DNA of 64,000 nucleotides from positions 1,323 through 65,322 of the forward strand of contig DASZXC010000014.1 in NCBI GenBank assembly GCA_035546035.1, read 5' to 3'. The notes below the pieces were generated by a model, which was given only the letters and a program-made list of their open reading frames with translations, did no database searches and was not told the DNA's origin. This stretch comes from Minisyncoccota bacterium (GTDB lineage: Bacteria; Patescibacteriota; Minisyncoccia; Phycocordibacterales; UBA6065). Within the stretch, counting starts at the first letter, position 1, and every line of letters begins with the position of its first letter. Below are positions 62,501 to 64,000 of the stretch, one piece after another. A program made the position numbers and the translations under genes.

Positions 62501-64000
62501 TTGAACCCGGATTTCCAAAAACCCCAAGGTTCCGACGGCAACTGGCTCTCGATGTCAGAGGCTGCCTCTTTTACCCCGTATTCGGCGGAGTATCTCTCTC
62601 TTCTCGCTCGCAAGAAAAAGCTAGCTGCCAAAAAGATAGGCAAGACCTGGTATACGACCAAGGCGATCCTGGACGAATACATGAAGCGTCAGATGATCAG
62701 AAACCAGATCCAGCACGGCGACCTTTCGGCTGTGACCGCCGTCCAGGCTGCTCCGGCCCAGCCGGCGCCTGTCACTCTTGCCGCGACTCCTATACAATCA
62801 GTGCCTGCTGCGCCCGGAATGATTGTATTTAACAAGGCCGCGTCCGGCGATCATCCGCATACGAGCCGCGTGCGCACGTTCCATGGCGATCTCAAAAATT
62901 ATCTCAACGGCCTTAACGCCCAGGAGAAAAAGATCGGGCTCGCAGAAACCCCAAGGCCAGTGATCAAGGTCCCTGTCATCGCTCCGCAGCCTATCGCACC
63001 CGCGCCTTTGCCGAAGACCGATCCTGATCCGATCGCCGCAACTCTCGCCGAGATATCGAAGAAGCTCGACAAGGTTCGCGTGCTTCCGGGCCAGCCGAAC
63101 ATCGTCACGCGATCCTGGAGGACGATATTCGGCAGCAAGACGCTCATATACGCGACGGTCGCCGTCATCGTCTTCTTTTCGATTTTCCCGACGCCGTTCG
63201 TATTCGGATTCTTCGACGGCGCGGTCGCTGCCGCAAAGAAAGCATGGACCGATGCCAATACGGTCATGGGCTTCAGGCCGGGCACGCACCAGAACGAGAT
63301 ACTCCTTCTCGACAAAGAGGGCAACGTCTCGATCATGGGCCACATCGAGACCGACGGCCAATTCCGCTCGTACGCCAAGGACGGCATAGCACCGATCGTC
63401 GTAGACTCGAAGACCCTGGTCAAAAACCTCAACGCCGAGATGCTCGACGGCAGCAAGTCCGGCGATTTCACGCTCGCCTTTGTGACCAAGAACGGCAATG
63501 TCACGACCGACGACGTCTATCTCGACGGAAACGTCGAAGTGGGTAAGACGCTCCTCGTCAAAGGCGCGACTAGGCTCCTCTCTGCCGTGGAGATAGACGG
63601 CGGCCTTTCCGTGTTCGGCGACGCGAAGTTCGCGAAATCGATCACCGTCGACGGCCCGGCATTCTTCAACGCCGTCCTCAACGCGTCGAATATCCATTCG
63701 ACGGGAGTCGCTTCGCTCGGCGAAGTGATCACGACCGGTAATGTCGCCGTCGGCAAGAACGTCCGCGTCCGCGGCTCGGCGGAGGTTTCCCGCGATCTCG
63801 TCGTCGCAGGCACGGGCTCGTTCGGATCGGCCGGCGTGTCCGGAGACTTCTCGGCCGAAGGAGAGATCGCTCTCGGCAATCCGTCCGACACTATCACTAT
63901 AGACGCGTCGAATGCGGCGCTCGATGAAGAGGGGAACCTTTCCGTGGACGGAAGGATCGTCGCTGGCAATATCTCGGTCTCGAATGCGAATATCGGCGAC
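62501..64000 (+). CDS. 3'-truncated large protein: N-terminal HTH_17-like domain, TM helix, fibre-like beta-rich ectodomain
   Basis: Open from TTG 62501 (ATG 62552) to the window end; WLSMSEAA..TPYSAEYLSLLARKKKL.AKKIGKTWYTT; TM ~63140-63215; KNLNAEMLDG motif. Confidence 0.8.
   Translation, partial: MNPDFQKPQGSDGNWLSMSEAASFTPYSAEYLSLLARKKKLAAKKIGKTWYTTKAILDEYMKRQMIRNQIQHGDLSAVTAVQAAPAQPAPVTLAATPIQSVPAAPGMIVFNKAASGDHPHTSRVRTFHGDLKNYLNGLNAQEKKIGLAETPRPVIKVPVIAPQPIAPAPLPKTDPDPIAATLAEISKKLDKVRVLPGQPNIVTRSWRTIFGSKTLIYATVAVIVFFSIFPTPFVFGFFDGAVAAAKKAWTDANTVMGFRPGTHQNEILLLDKEGNVSIMGHIETDGQFRSYAKDGIAPIVVDSKTLVKNLNAEMLDGSKSGDFTLAFVTKNGNVTTDDVYLDGNVEVGKTLLVKGATRLLSAVEIDGGLSVFGDAKFAKSITVDGPAFFNAVLNASNIHSTGVASLGEVITTGNVAVGKNVRVRGSAEVSRDLVVAGTGSFGSAGVSGDFSAEGEIALGNPSDTITIDASNAALDEEGNLSVDGRIVAGNISVSNANIGD

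Noticed and set aside
1-64000. Alternative genetic code (TGA=Gly, as in Gracilibacteria)
   Set aside because: Conserved genes end at TGA (e.g. 14893, 49760) and are full length under code 11.

Overview
Chromosomal segment (GC-rich coding DNA, standard genetic code with TGA used as stop) whose gene content and style point to a Patescibacteria/CPR Parcubacteria-type bacterium. The core is housekeeping: typA, tlyA, fmt-def-priA, murA, two mreB paralogs, frr-rseP-proS-mreBC(D)-mrdA-greA-lysS, mraZ-rsmH-ftsL-ftsI-murF, rmuC, rplU, lepB, tRNA-Asn and tRNA-Glu. There are also redox/stress genes (DoxX x2, VOC x2, dsbA-like, bcp, msrA/msrB, an ECF sigma with a putative anti-sigma) and several ORFans. 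Both ends carry truncated giant surface-protein genes. At the left end, a phage-fibre-like protein with two 7-bladed kelch-type propellers and an intramolecular-chaperone domain heads a cluster with a class-A-like serine hydrolase, a dockerin protein and two membrane-anchored cohesin proteins, with no CAZyme. At the right end, an ORF missing from the supplied track has an N-terminal HTH, a transmembrane helix and a fibre-like ectodomain, preceded by repeated CGTATCG sites. Non-coding signals include a 6S-like RNA, pervasive leaderless and bidirectional -10 promoters, boxA-like motifs in ORFan leaders, phased GTG boxes and a 41-aa uORF before mraZ, and a 36-bp tandem duplication. No CRISPR array, transposase, integrase or rRNA was seen. 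All calls were made by eye from motifs; no database searches were run.
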